This document shows positions 15,385-26,691 of a stretch of 64,000 nt of DNA, piece after piece. The notes below the pieces were generated by a model. The model was not told the origin of the DNA and did no database searches. It saw only the letters and a list, made by a program, of their open reading frames with translations. The DNA comes from the human T2T-CHM13v2.0 reference genome, Homo sapiens. The translations under genes were made by a program, and so were the position numbers. The stretch's first letter is position 1. Every line of letters begins with the position of its first letter. The stretch lies in assembly GCF_009914755.1 (NCBI RefSeq), contig NC_060930.1; one strand, written 5' to 3'.

Positions 15385-15810
15385 TTCACTTGATGATTAT
15401 TAAAGTCTTCCTCTGCTGAGGTCACCCTTTGGTGAACATTCACATGGCACACAAATATCTTCATATCTTTTGACCATTCTGAGATATTTTGTCCACATAT
15501 CTCTTTCCCAAACTTCTTTGTCACCACTTTTCCAATCATGTTCTTTCCAAGTCCCTCACCATTCAGCCATACCATTGACTACAGACCATGAGTTGGGATA
15601 TAATCACATATCTGGCTATTTCTCCTTCCAAGCAAAGTGTACAACCAGGTGCACTGCTTAAAATTCTGGCCACTGGGAAGATTTCCCTTCACCACTGTCC
15701 TTCAGGAATGTCCCCCAAAGAGTCTGTAGTACAATAGTTGTCCACTCTCAAGTGGTCCCTGCATATCATGCAGAACTACCTCTAAACCAGGCTCCACTCT
15801 CTCTTCTTCT
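15385..15810 (-). mobile_element. ERVL (class III) pol fragment, RNase H domain, frameshifted
   Basis: ORF 15255..15575 contains SEWSKDMKIFVCHVNVHQRVTSAEEDFNN (ERVL: SEWSKTVKIFVSHVSAHQRVTSAEEDFNNQVD); upstream on the minus strand reads AWFRGSSA*YAGTT (ERVL: AWFTDGSARYAGTT). Confidence 0.88.
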
Positions 15811-16867
15811 ATCTACAGATTATAGGATATCTTCGAGGATGGAGTTTTGAAATATGCCTTTGAATAAGCATTTCAGATTTTAATACACTCTAAATTTTAT
15901 ATATAGATACATACTTATAGACATAGATAGATAGATTCTTGGAGAAATATTACTTAACCCATAGTATAACTTATGCTTTATAAATGAGTTTTATTATATG
16001 TATCAGCAGATATGCAGGTTTACTGAACATTTTCAGGAAAAAATAGCAAAATGTATATATAGAGGAGAGCAATAAAAGGATAACAGTAATGAACTTTGTA
16101 CTCTACATACAGAAATAATTGTCAGAAATACCTGAACTTTATTCTAATTTCATCTTGTGGCTTCAGACAATCTAGATATCCTCTCTGTTTCTGTTTTCTC
16201 AAGTAGTAGAATGGAGGAAAATGCTACAAATGGCATTAAATAAAATATAGATGACTGGCCATCTATAACTCCAGTAATTAAGTTCTCAAGAAATTCTGCC
16301 AATTCTCAAGTTTTTAGGAGCTGATTACCGAGCTTGCATTTCTGTACTTCATCTTGCTTACTTGCCCCTCTGCATTCCAGTGCTCATTAGCACTCACCCC
16401 TGAGAGTAGGCAGGAAAAAAAGGTGAAATTCATGTCAATCAATCATGACATTTCTTAATTGCTCTGCTCATTTCTCACAGTGAGAGAGTGAAGAGGATGG
16501 GGATAGAACATCATTGTGATTATATAGAAATAGAAAAATACAGCTTCCAGCATATACAGCATGAATATGGTTACTCCATGCATGCTTGTTGAGTACATGA
16601 AAGGTATAAGGTTTTGACACATAACCAATGAAGTAAGTGGGAGGTTTCAGGAAGTCCTAGAAAGAAGTGGAATTTCATTGGCTTGCATTTTCTTTTCTTT
16701 TCTCTTTAAAAATACAGTTTAAATGCTGATTTTATTTCAATAGGAGGTGAAGAATATCACAATGTGGTTCCTAAAATGATGTATGGAAATTCAAAGAGAC
16801 ATCATTCCACTATCACATTCCCGTGTCCTAATAGTAGGATGCTAGGCTATATTTATATAATTAAAAC

Positions 16868-17075
16868 TAAAGGTTTGGACTCCAGAATGTCTGGGTTCAA
16901 ATAATTCCAACTCTGCCCTTAGCCAGGTAAATTTGAACAATGTGCTTTACCTCACTGTAACTCAGCTTTCATACATATTATTCCAAAATCACAGGGTTTT
17001 TGAGATTAACTGAAGTAAAACATGTAAAGCACATAGACATAATTAGCATTAAACAAATGTTAACTATTATTATGT
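16868..17075 (+). mobile_element. MIR SINE
   Basis: CTGGGTTCAAAT...CTCTGCC core and CATGTAAAGCAC...AAATGTTAACTATTATT 3' end. Confidence 0.7.
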
Positions 17076-17366
17076 ATAGTACTTTACATTTTAGTAAACA
17101 TTTTTATATTATCTTATGTGATTACTTTAAATTTTAAAAAGCAAGATCTTTTTCTCTAAAAGTTCTCTTCTTATTACCAAAATATTTAACGTCCATTCTA
17201 TCTGCCTAGAAATATAATAAAAAATAAGATATGAGGAAATAAATAGGAAGAAATAAAATATGAAGAAAACAAAACCACCCAAAATTCTTGAAGACAAACA
17301 TTCAATGTTTTTGTGCATTTTCTGTGTTTGTTTTGTTTTATTACTTCCTGTGCTTATATTTTTCAA

Positions 17367-17652
17367 TTTTTTTTTTTTTGAGACAGTCTCACTGTCACCC
17401 AGGTTGCAGTGCAGTGGTGCAACCTCAGCTCACTGAAACCTCCATCTCCTGGGCTCAAGCGATCCTCCCACATCAGCTTCTCAAGTAGCTGGGACTTAAC
17501 AGTCGTGCATCACCATACCTGGCTAATTTTTTGTACAGATTGGGTCTTGCTATGTTGCCAGGGCTGGTCTTCAGCTCCTGGGCTCAAGCAGTCCTCCTGC
17601 CTCAACCTCTCAAAGTGCTGGGATTACAGGCGTAAGCCACAATGCCCAGGCC
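17367..17652 (-). mobile_element. AluJ-like SINE
   Basis: T-tail; CCTGGGCTCAAGC in both arms (J diagnostic); diverged TSD CCTGTGCTTATATTTT / CCTGTACATATTTT. Confidence 0.92.
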
Positions 17653-17819
17653 CTGTACATATTTTCACCTCATTGAGATAATAGGTTGAAATCCATGAGA
17701 TGTCAGTGCTCAAATTTTAGGCTCCCAAAAATGGCAATGTGATTTACTATACAATGTTGTGTCTTGCATTTTTGTCCATTTATTATGATATATACATCAT
17801 CAGCTATAAGAATGGAGAT

Positions 17820-17965
17820 TATTGTTCCCATTTTATAGTTTTAGAAATTGAAGCTAAGTATATTTAAATAATTTATTCTAAGAGAGATAATTTGCAAGTA
17901 CTGGAAGTAATAATAAGGTCTAGATCATCTTATTTAAAGGAAAATGCACTTTATCTTATAGCAGT
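17820..17965 (-). mobile_element. MIR fragment
   Basis: TCCCATTTTATAG...GAAATTGAAGCT resembles the antisense MIR core. Confidence 0.5.
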
Positions 17966-18310
17966 TCATCTTTTAAAATTATTAGTTAAAAACATGAATC
18001 TTAAAATGAGATGTGATTGAATACTAATCTTATTTTTCATATTTTCAAACAGCATCCTATCCATTCTTCTGTCTTTATAAACTGTCCATCTTCTATTTCA
18101 TTTTTCCATTTCATGCCCTCCCCTCAAAAAGTACTTGAAGCTTCCTCATTGTCAGTTCATCCAAGGTCATATATTAAATGCCTAAAAAATGAGTCCTAGT
18201 GTTTTATAATCACCATATCACAAAGACTATAATCTTATCACCAACATTATCAAGATTATTACTCCACCAGTTTCTTCAATCCCTTATTCTCAGCTAAAAT
18301 ATTTTAAAGA

Positions 18311-19244
18311 ATAGCCATACTGCAAAAGAAATTTATAGATTCAATGCTATCCCCATCAAGCTACCATTGACTTTCTTCAAAGAATTAGAAAAAACTACTT
18401 TAAATTTCATATGGAACCAAAAAAGAGCCTGTGTAGCCAAGACAATCCTAAGCAAAAAGAACAAAGCTGGAGGCATCATGCTACCTGACTTCAAACTATA
18501 CTACAAGGCTGCAGTAACTAAAACAACACGGTACTGGTACCAAAACAAATATATAGACCAACGGAACAGAACAGAGGTCTCAGAAATAATGCCACACACC
18601 TACAACCATCTGATCTTTGACAAGCCTGACAAAAACAAGCAATAGGGAAAGGATTCCCTATTTAATAAATGGTGTTGGGAAAACTAGCTAGCCATATGCA
18701 GAAAACTGAAACTGGGCCCTTTCCTTACACCTTATACAAAAATTAACTCAATCTGGATTAAAGACTTAAACGTAAGACCTAAAACCATAAAAACTCTAGA
18801 GAAAAACCTAGGCAATACCATTCGGGACATAGGCATGGGCAAAGACATCATGAATAAAACACCAAAAGCAATGGCAACAAAAGCCAGAATTGACAAATGG
18901 GATCTAATTAAACTAAAGAGCTTCTGCACAGCAAAAGAAACTATCATCAGAACGAACAGGCAACCTACAGAATGGGAGAAATTTTTGGCAATCTATCCAT
19001 CTGACAAAGGGCTAATATCCAGAATCTACATGGGTGAAGGATATGAACAGACTCTTCTCAGAAGATATTTATGCAGCCAACAAACATATGAAGAAAAGCT
19101 CATCATCACTGGTCATTAGAGAAATGCAAATCAAAACCACAATGAGATACCATCTCACACCAGTTACAATGGCGGTCATTAAAAAGTCAGGAAACAACAG
19201 CAGATGCTGGAGAAGATGTGGAGAAATAGGAATGCTTTTACACT
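18311..19244 (+). mobile_element. L1PA (mid-age) ORF2 fragment without 3'UTR or poly(A)
   Basis: ORFs 18367, 18835 and 19034 are ORF2p C-terminal; L1 similarity stops at ...ATGCTTTTACACT; ~50-bp internal deletion near 19030. Confidence 0.92.
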
Positions 19245-19353
19245 AAAGAATGCCACAAACACATGCAGAATGTACGCTATTCTACAGAAACCTCAACACA
19301 GTTCTTTCGATAAGTCAGTAGAACGAAGAACGAAAGAAACTCAACAAAACAAC

Positions 19354-19616
19354 TGTGGCAGACACAGAGATGTACCTCTCAGATCCTCCATTAAAAAAAC
19401 ACTTCTTGCCTAGCTGACAGCCTCCAGATGTGAGTTCCTGTAGGTCGTCCTCAGCTTTTTGTTCTCCGCTCTCCCTATTGAGTGAAGAAGAATGTAGCAT
19501 ATGGTGGTGTTACAGTTTCCCCATCTCCAATCTTGCTTTCTGTTTTTCGTTCTCCCAATAAATCTCTTGCACTCTTAATATCATCTTACTGCTTTCTTGG
19601 AAACTTAACTGGTACA
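19354..19616 (+). mobile_element. Ancient ERVL LTR (LTR16/LTR33-like)
   Basis: TGTGGCAGACAC start; AATAAATCTCTTGCACTC...AACTGGTACA end. Confidence 0.55.
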
Positions 19617-19629
19617 ATATCCAAATGGC

Positions 19630-19845
19630 AATGTGAGACTAACCTGATATAGATTGTATGTCACAAAACTAACTGTGAAACATATTTTTTAGGCAATCAA
19701 AAAATTTGAATACAACTTGCATGTTATTCTTACTAAGGTATTTTTGTTAATTTTATTGTGTGTGACAATGACATTAGGGTTATATGAGAGAACATTTATA
19801 TATTTTGGAAATGTTTCCAAAATAGGTGGTGAAATAACATGACAT
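19630..19845 (+). mobile_element. Old L1 3'UTR fragment (L1MC/ME-type)
   Basis: GGCAATCAAAAAATTTGAATA, TTGTTAATTTT and GTGTGACAATG motifs. Confidence 0.5.
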
Positions 19846-19850
19846 TTGAT

Positions 19851-19969
19851 CAGCCCCATGATTCAGTTATATCTACCTGGTCTCTCCCATGATATGTGGG
19901 GATTTGGGGGATTATGGGGATTACAATTCAAGATGAGATTTTGGGTGGGGACAAAGCCAAACCATATCA
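19851..19969 (-). mobile_element. THE1/MST MaLR LTR fragment (first ~120 bp)
   Basis: ATTCAAGATGAGATTTTGGGTGGGGACAAAGCCAAACCATATCA is the reverse complement of the TGATATGGTTTGGCT start. Confidence 0.85.
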
Positions 19970-20709
19970 CCCATCAATTTTTTATTTAATCATTTTATGC
20001 CATGATAATTATTATACTATTAAGAATCACAAAGTCATGATTTTATAATTCTATAATTTCTTCAACATTTATTAGCATGCTATCTTCTGTAAAGAATAGC
20101 TTTCCCTCTAACCCCGCTGGAAATAAGGAAACAACAACAACAAAGAATATCTTTCTCTTATCAATATGAACTACTTTGTTACTCTACAAGGAAATTGTAA
20201 ATGAAAAAGTAAATAAAGGAATAAATGCTTAACTATTTTCCTGCATAGAGCCAATTTTCATAAGGAGCTGTGTCCTACTTACTTTCTATGACTAATGAGA
20301 TTTTATGTTTTATTTTGTGTTTTATTTATATTGCTTTTTGTTTTCTCATTTTCATGTAATATTATAAACTCATGGATTTTGTTTGGACTCGTATTTAAGA
20401 ATAGAATTTATTGCTAAAAAGAGGGTATTTAGGTACAAAATTTAAAACTAACCCATTTATTCTGCTACTCTCTACTGAAATTTTAATGAAAACAATGAAA
20501 TATTTTGCTCCCCCAAACTACTAAATGCAAGATAAATAGAATTATATATTTATTCATGGATCTCTCTATCACATTAAAATTAAGAACTACTCTTCTATAT
20601 AACCTTATTACTTTATAAACTCAGTACATTCTTTTGCCCATTATAATAATATATGTCAAATTAAAATGGTTCCATTTTCTTTGCATAAGAACCCCTTCTT
20701 TCCTTTATA

Positions 20710-20815
20710 TTTTTTAAAAATGTATAAGTTTTCATTTTGAAATTAATTCGGGTTTATAAAACATTGCAAAATAATAGTACAAAGAATTTCTGAATGTCCT
20801 TCCCCAGCTTCCCTG
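20710..20815 (-). mobile_element. L1MC-type 3' terminal fragment
   Basis: ATTTTGAAAT...TTGCAAAATAATAGTACAAAGAATTTC...CCCAGCTTCCC. Confidence 0.55.
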
Positions 20816-20834
20816 AAACAGAGACTTATGGGTA

Positions 20835-21060
20835 TGTTGGACCATGTGGCAACCTTGAGAAGTAATGTCACTAACTAAGGATAGTAGTGTAAAAGATGGA
20901 AGGAATCTTGGTTCTGAATGATTATGGAGTTGCTATGCTAGTTGAGGACAGCCTGCCCTTAGCTTCTTGTTTGTGGGAGAGAAATGAAACTCTTTTTGTG
21001 TAGCAGATATTTTGGGTTTTCTATAATATGCATGCGGGCTAGTCTCTTCTTAACTGATGC
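20835..21060 (+). mobile_element. MLT1-type MaLR LTR 3' part
   Basis: AAAGATGGAAGGAATCTTGGTTC...GAGAGAAATGAAACTCT...TAACTGATGC. Confidence 0.6.
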
Positions 21061-22186
21061 CTAAAGACTTCTCACATTTATCCCCATTATGATCATTCTC
21101 ACAACATCTTGTAGCATGCTGTTTTACTGCATATTTATTTTTTCATGTTGCATTACTCATAATATTTTTGGGAAGGAATTATGTTCTGAAATATAGCATC
21201 TGGATATTCATACTAAGTAGCCTTTTTAACTTTTATACAATTGTGTAGGTTTACACACTTTCTGAACCCAAAAATCAGTCATAATCAGTATACCCTTATA
21301 TGTAAACACTATCCCAAATCATCTCTTAACTAGAATACCTACCTTGTGCCTTGAAATCAGGTGTGCTTTGACTATTCAGTAGCTCACCGTCTACGGTCAA
21401 AAAGTCTTATAAATTCCCTATATTCTAATTTTATCATTTAATCATCACTTCATGGTTATAAGGTGAACAGGTTGGAAATTATTGCAATTTAATAAGTAAA
21501 TAAACTGTGACAAGAGATAGCAAAAAAATTTTGTGGTCTCATTCTGGTGAGATATAGAATCAGGATTAGAAAATAGTTTATGTCTTCTGCCCTGTATGTC
21601 TACTATTTAATATGTAGCAAAAATGCATCTGTATATAATAAAGACCCATATGGAATATTTTTAAAGCCTTGCATTTTAACACATGATGATTTCCAAATTC
21701 CTTAAGTCACATTATTTTCAGTACCTCATATATTTTTTTATTCTCACTGTGTCATATTTATTTCCAAACTAGTAGTGAAGTGATAAATATATATTATCAA
21801 GCATCATCTCTGTAACAGCAAAGAAATCACATATTTCAACTTAATCTATGCCCTGAACAGTTGCTAAAGATGAAGCCACATTATTTTTTATGTTTGTAGT
21901 GAAGTCAATTTTGTGATTTTTCTCATTTCTATAAATCAATTGAAACTAATATTATAATATTACTTATTCCATAGTATATTTTACACCATGAATACAGTAT
22001 AATTTTAATAACAAGAATTACTGTGGATAATGTTTACCTTTTGCTTCTAATTAAAATGTGTAAGTCATACACAACATATAAAATAAATTTTATTTGGTTA
22101 ATTTGCAAAAGTTGTTTAGCCAAATGTTCAGGGTAAGCTGTAATAATCACATGAATGTATTTACTAACATAAAAAATGGGTAGATT

Positions 22187-22352
22187 GGGGTGACGGGGAA
22201 GGGATAGCATTAGGAGATATACCTAATGTAAATGACGAGTTAATGGGTGCAGCACATCAACATGGCACATGTATACATATGTAACAAACCTGCACGTTTG
22301 TGCACATGTATCCTAGAACTTTAAGTATAATAAATATATATATATATATATA
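22187..22352 (+). mobile_element. Very short 5'-truncated L1PA 3' end with TSD; tail converted to (TA)n
   Basis: GGGATAGCATTAGGAGATATACCTAATG...AAGTATAATAAA; flanks AAAAATGGGTAGATTG / AAAAGGTAGATTG. Confidence 0.93.
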
Positions 22353-22946
22353 AAAGGTAGATTGTTTTTATTATATCAGGACACACATATAATAAGAATA
22401 TTCTGTAACTAACCAGAATTTATATGTTTACTGGGACATTAGATAATTACTCTAAAATTGCCATGGAAACAAGGACATTTTAAGACAGTCATCATTGACT
22501 CTTTATGACCATTTATGTTACTATCTCCCTATGTTTCAAATTTGCTTATATAGAAATGTTTCTAGAGTGCTAAAATAACTCACCAATTATTACACAGTTA
22601 TTACCTTGCATTTGGTTCCCAGAAATGCAAAATTCATTCCTGCAAAAAGTATTTCTAAACATTTGTTTCTCATTTACCATGTGCTTGGTAATGTAGTGAA
22701 AACATTGCTAACATTTATAAATAGGAACATATAATGTAGAATATACATGTTTTCCCTCATTTGCTAGTTTTCCCTTTTTTGTCACAATAAGCTATGTGTA
22801 GCAAGATAGTTTGAGTAATTCATTGTGTTCTTTTCACTATTGTGAGCTCAGCATGGGAAACAAAAGTGATAGGTTTTTCCATTCCTATTCCCTCAAAATG
22901 AGGAGCTAGGGCCTTGGGTGTTAGTGATCTGGGTTTCCCTTACCCC

Positions 22947-23252
22947 AATTGGAAATCATCATTCTTAGTAAACTATTGCAAGGACAAAAAAACAAACACC
23001 GCATGTTCTCACTCATAGGTGGGAACTGAACAATGAGAACACATGGACACAGGAAGGGGAACATCACACTCTGGGGACTGTTGTGGGGTGAAGAGGGGGG
23101 AGGGATAGCATTAGGAGACATATCTAATGCTAAATGATGAGTTAATGGGTGCAGCACACCAGCATGGCACATGTATACATATGTAACTAACCTGCACGTT
23201 GTGCACATGTACCCTAAAACTTAAAGTATAATAATAATAAAATAAAATAAAT
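22947..23252 (+). mobile_element. 5'-truncated L1PA3/4-like 3' end
   Basis: AATTGGAAATCATCATTC...ACCCTAAAACTTAAAGTATAATAATAATAAAATAAAATAAA. Confidence 0.92.
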
Positions 23253-23267
23253 CATATAATGATACAG

Positions 23268-24130
23268 AAAAAAAAAACAACCCCATCAAAAAGTGGGCAA
23301 AGGATATGAACAGACACTTCTCAAAAGAAGACATTTATGCAGCCAACAAACATATGAAAAAATGCTTATCATCACTGGTCATTAGAGAAATGCAAATCAA
23401 AACCACAATGAGATGGCAGTTAGAATGGCAATCATTAAAGAGTCAGGAAACAACAGATAATGAAGAGGATGTGGAGAAAAAGGAGCACTTTTACACTGTT
23501 GGTGGGAGTGTATATTAGTTCAACCATTGTGGAAGACAGTGTGGCAATTCCTCAAGGATCTAGAACCAGAAATACCATTTGACCCAGCTATCCCATTACT
23601 AGGTATATACCCAAAGGATTATAAATCATTCTACTATAGAGACTCATGCACACGTATGTTTATTGTGGCACTATTCACAATAGCAAAGACTTGGAACCAA
23701 TCCAGATGTCCATCAATGATAGACTGGATTAAGAAAATGTGGCACATATACACCATGGAATACTATGCAGCCATGAAAAAGGATGAGTTCATGTCCTTTG
23801 CAGGGACACGGATGAAGCTGGAAACCATCATTCTCAGCAAACTAATTCAAGATCAGAAAACCAAACACCACATGTTCTCACTCATAGGTGGGAATTGAAC
23901 AATGAGAACACATGGACACAGGGTGGGGAACATCACACACTGGGGCCTGTCGGGGGGGGGGTGGTGGGGAGCTAGGGAAGAGATAGCATTAGGAGAAACA
24001 CCTAAGGTAAATGATGGGTTGATGGGTGCAGCAAACCACCATGGCACGTGTATATCTATGTAACAAACCTGCATATTCTGCACTTGTACCCCAGTACTTA
24101 AAGTATAAAAAAATTAAAAATAAAAATAAA
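23268..24130 (+). mobile_element. 5'-truncated L1PA7/8-like element: ORF2 end and 3'UTR
   Basis: ORFs 23306 and 23527 are the ORF2p C-terminus; 3'UTR GATGGGTTGATGGGTGCAGCAAACCACCATGG; G-rich tract at 23941-23980. Confidence 0.92.
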
Positions 24131-24488
24131 CCTTTTTTCCTATTAAAAAATAAATAAATAAAAATATGGATTCAGAAGATACTGTTTTTGCATAGAGGAA
24201 GCTAAAGGTATTTAATGTTAAATGAGTGGAAGTAAATCACCCTGATGAAATGTTAAATGTTAAAACCATTAACGTTTAACTCTTGATGCAGCACTACAGA
24301 AGTGGCTGAGCCTCCAAACAGTGTGATTGTGTGTATGTCTGACATGAAACATGATGTTCTGGAATCATGGAGAAAGCCCTGTGTCAAAATTAAACAAGGG
24401 GAAAGTAGATGTTGCCACCAGAGAAACTCAGTCTCAAATGGATTGCAGAAACTGAGGGAAGAAGAAAAGCAGACTGAATCCACTGAAG

Positions 24489-24686
24489 CTGCACTGTCTA
24501 ACGTAATAATCAGTACTCACCCAAGGCTATTTAAATTGAACATAAATGTATTAAAATTAGATAAAATTTAATTATTCATTCACATGCCACATTTTACATG
24601 CTCAATGGCAAGATATGGCTATGGCTACTACATTAACTCACAGAATAGATAAATTCCATTATCACAGAAAGTTCTATTGGACAGAT
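24489..24686 (-). mobile_element. MER3-like hAT-Charlie non-autonomous DNA transposon
   Basis: Ends CTGTCTAA... and ...ACAGAAAGTTCTATTGGACAG form a degenerate inverted pair; AT-rich centre; ~200 bp. Confidence 0.7.
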
Positions 24687-25559
24687 TTTCCCTAGCACTT
24701 ATGCCATACCAAGGAGAGATAAAATAAAAACAACTGAGGTTTTATTTCACAATAATATGTCATTTAGAAAATTTAGAAATATGGCACTTATCAGATGCCC
24801 AGTTTCAAGCAGAAAATTATTATTGTCCCAATTAAATTTTTTTCTTTCTTCTTTTTTTCCTGTATATCTCCTTCCTTCCTACCTTTAAATGCATTCTTAT
24901 AATTCTCAAAATGTCATGTGGAAAGATCTTACAACAAACGAGTAAAGTAAATATGTTCCTGTGCAACTTGGTATAGTAATGGACTGCACTTAAAAGCAAG
25001 ATAGCAAGATTTTCCTCAAAGGTTAGTGTTTTGTCTAAAATTTGATATGAATATTTTCTTTCTAGCAACTAGCGATTAAAGGAAAAGGAAAAAAATAATC
25101 TCTTTTAAAACAACTAGAAAGACCAGTGGGGAAAAGTAAAAAACAAACAAACAAACAAAATCTACTTAAAAATATTTGACACCCATGCAGGCAGAAAGGA
25201 AAAGAGATACTATCAGAGAAGTGAATCAAGCATTTGGGTTATTTTTTTTCCCTAGAATGGTTCACTAATGGTGACAGTATTATTAATATATGAGAAACTG
25301 AATTGAACTCAGTCAGGCTCAGAGGTATGAGAGAAGAAGGATTGGAATTTACAGAACACCAAAGAGGAGGTTCCCTAGCAAACACACAAAAGTTTATATG
25401 GGAAACTTTAATAAAGGTCTACACACTAAGAATAAGGGCAAACCAGAAATGGAGCAACCTTAACAAGAATGAATGAAAGCCCAGAATTAAATTGTACCTA
25501 TAAGTGAGTTAATTGAAGTAATTTGAAATTATTAATGCCCCTAACCTAGTTTTCTGCGA

Positions 25560-26250
25560 AAAACAAACTAAATCTTCTCTGGAAGAATATATCTTCCAGA
25601 GCCTCAATTTTTCTCTATTATTTATCACATATAATGCCTAGAACTTACTCAAATTAAGCAGAATTACAAGGATATAAGATTATATGACCAAAACTTTAGC
25701 TATATGTAGTATTTATTATGGGAAATTCAAATAATGAAAATGTCAGAAACAAATTTTATAAAAATTAAGATTGCTATGTCCAAGCAATTAAAAGACAAAA
25801 TTGAGAATTTTGAAGAAAAAGTGAAAATTATTTTTTAAAAGTGAAAATTTTAGAACTGAAAAATACAACAGACAAAATTAAGAATTCAATGAATGAGTTA
25901 CAGTTGAAGAGAAGTTAATAAACCAGAAGATAAATCAGAAAAGATATGCTGATTGAAACACAGAGATTGAAAAGAATGGAAAGTGTAAAGAGGGGGCATA
26001 AGAGAAATATGAGACATGATACAAAGTAAAGGCATAATATACATTTATTTGAAGCCATGAATGGAAAAAAAAATAAATGAAATGAGGTACAAGCAATCAT
26101 TGAAGAGGGAATGGCCGATAATGTTCCAAAATTGGCAAGTGACATCAAGCAATAAGCTTTATGAATCTTAGGATAAACAAAAATAATATCAGCAATAACA
26201 ACATCAAAAAACTGCCTGGAAATAAAATTCCTGAAAGGCCAATAAAAAAG
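25560..26250 (+). mobile_element. Ancient L1M ORF1-region fragment
   Basis: A-rich sequence GAAAATTTTAGAACTGAAAAATACAA...GAATTCAATGAATGAG and AATGTTCCAAAATTG typical of decayed ORF1. Confidence 0.6.
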
Positions 26251-26254
26251 GGAA

Positions 26255-26690
26255 AAAGTCTAATATTCTTATCTCCCCAACTCTGTAGTAACCTTGAAAA
26301 TCACCAGGTTTGCAACTACAGTAGCTGTAAAAACTAGTAGCCTTATTGGCACTGGAAAAGAACAGATTTAGGAGCTCCTCAAAAGCCACAGCCCAGACAA
26401 TTAACTCTATTAACCCTTTTGGCAATTCACTGTAAGCTCCATTTTCAGAGTTTGTATTTATTTGACCTGACTCAGAGCTGTGAAAATAATGCTATCTCCC
26501 GTGAACTTGTCAAAAAAAATCAAGAACAACTGTGAACAACACAACTGACTGAGTTAGCATTATGAGTTGGGGTTAACAACTGGCTGATTAAAAAATCAAA
26601 AGGAAAACTTGAAAATAATATGTCCATAAGGGACTTTGATAAATTCCAACATATATCTGGAAATCTAGAAGTTCATGCAAAAATGCAGCA
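26255..26690 (+). mobile_element. Old L1M (L1MB-like) 5' region, left part; resumes at 35411
   Basis: Resembles recalled L1M 5' sequence; TCATGCA occurs on both sides of the L1MA insertion. Confidence 0.5.
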
Positions 26691-26691
26691 A

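Noticed and set aside
22457-22470. RFX X-box-like ATTGCCATGGAAAC
   Set aside because: A single imperfect motif with no promoter context.
23941-23980. G-quadruplex-like G tracts
   Set aside because: Standard L1 3'UTR G-rich tract, explained by the element.
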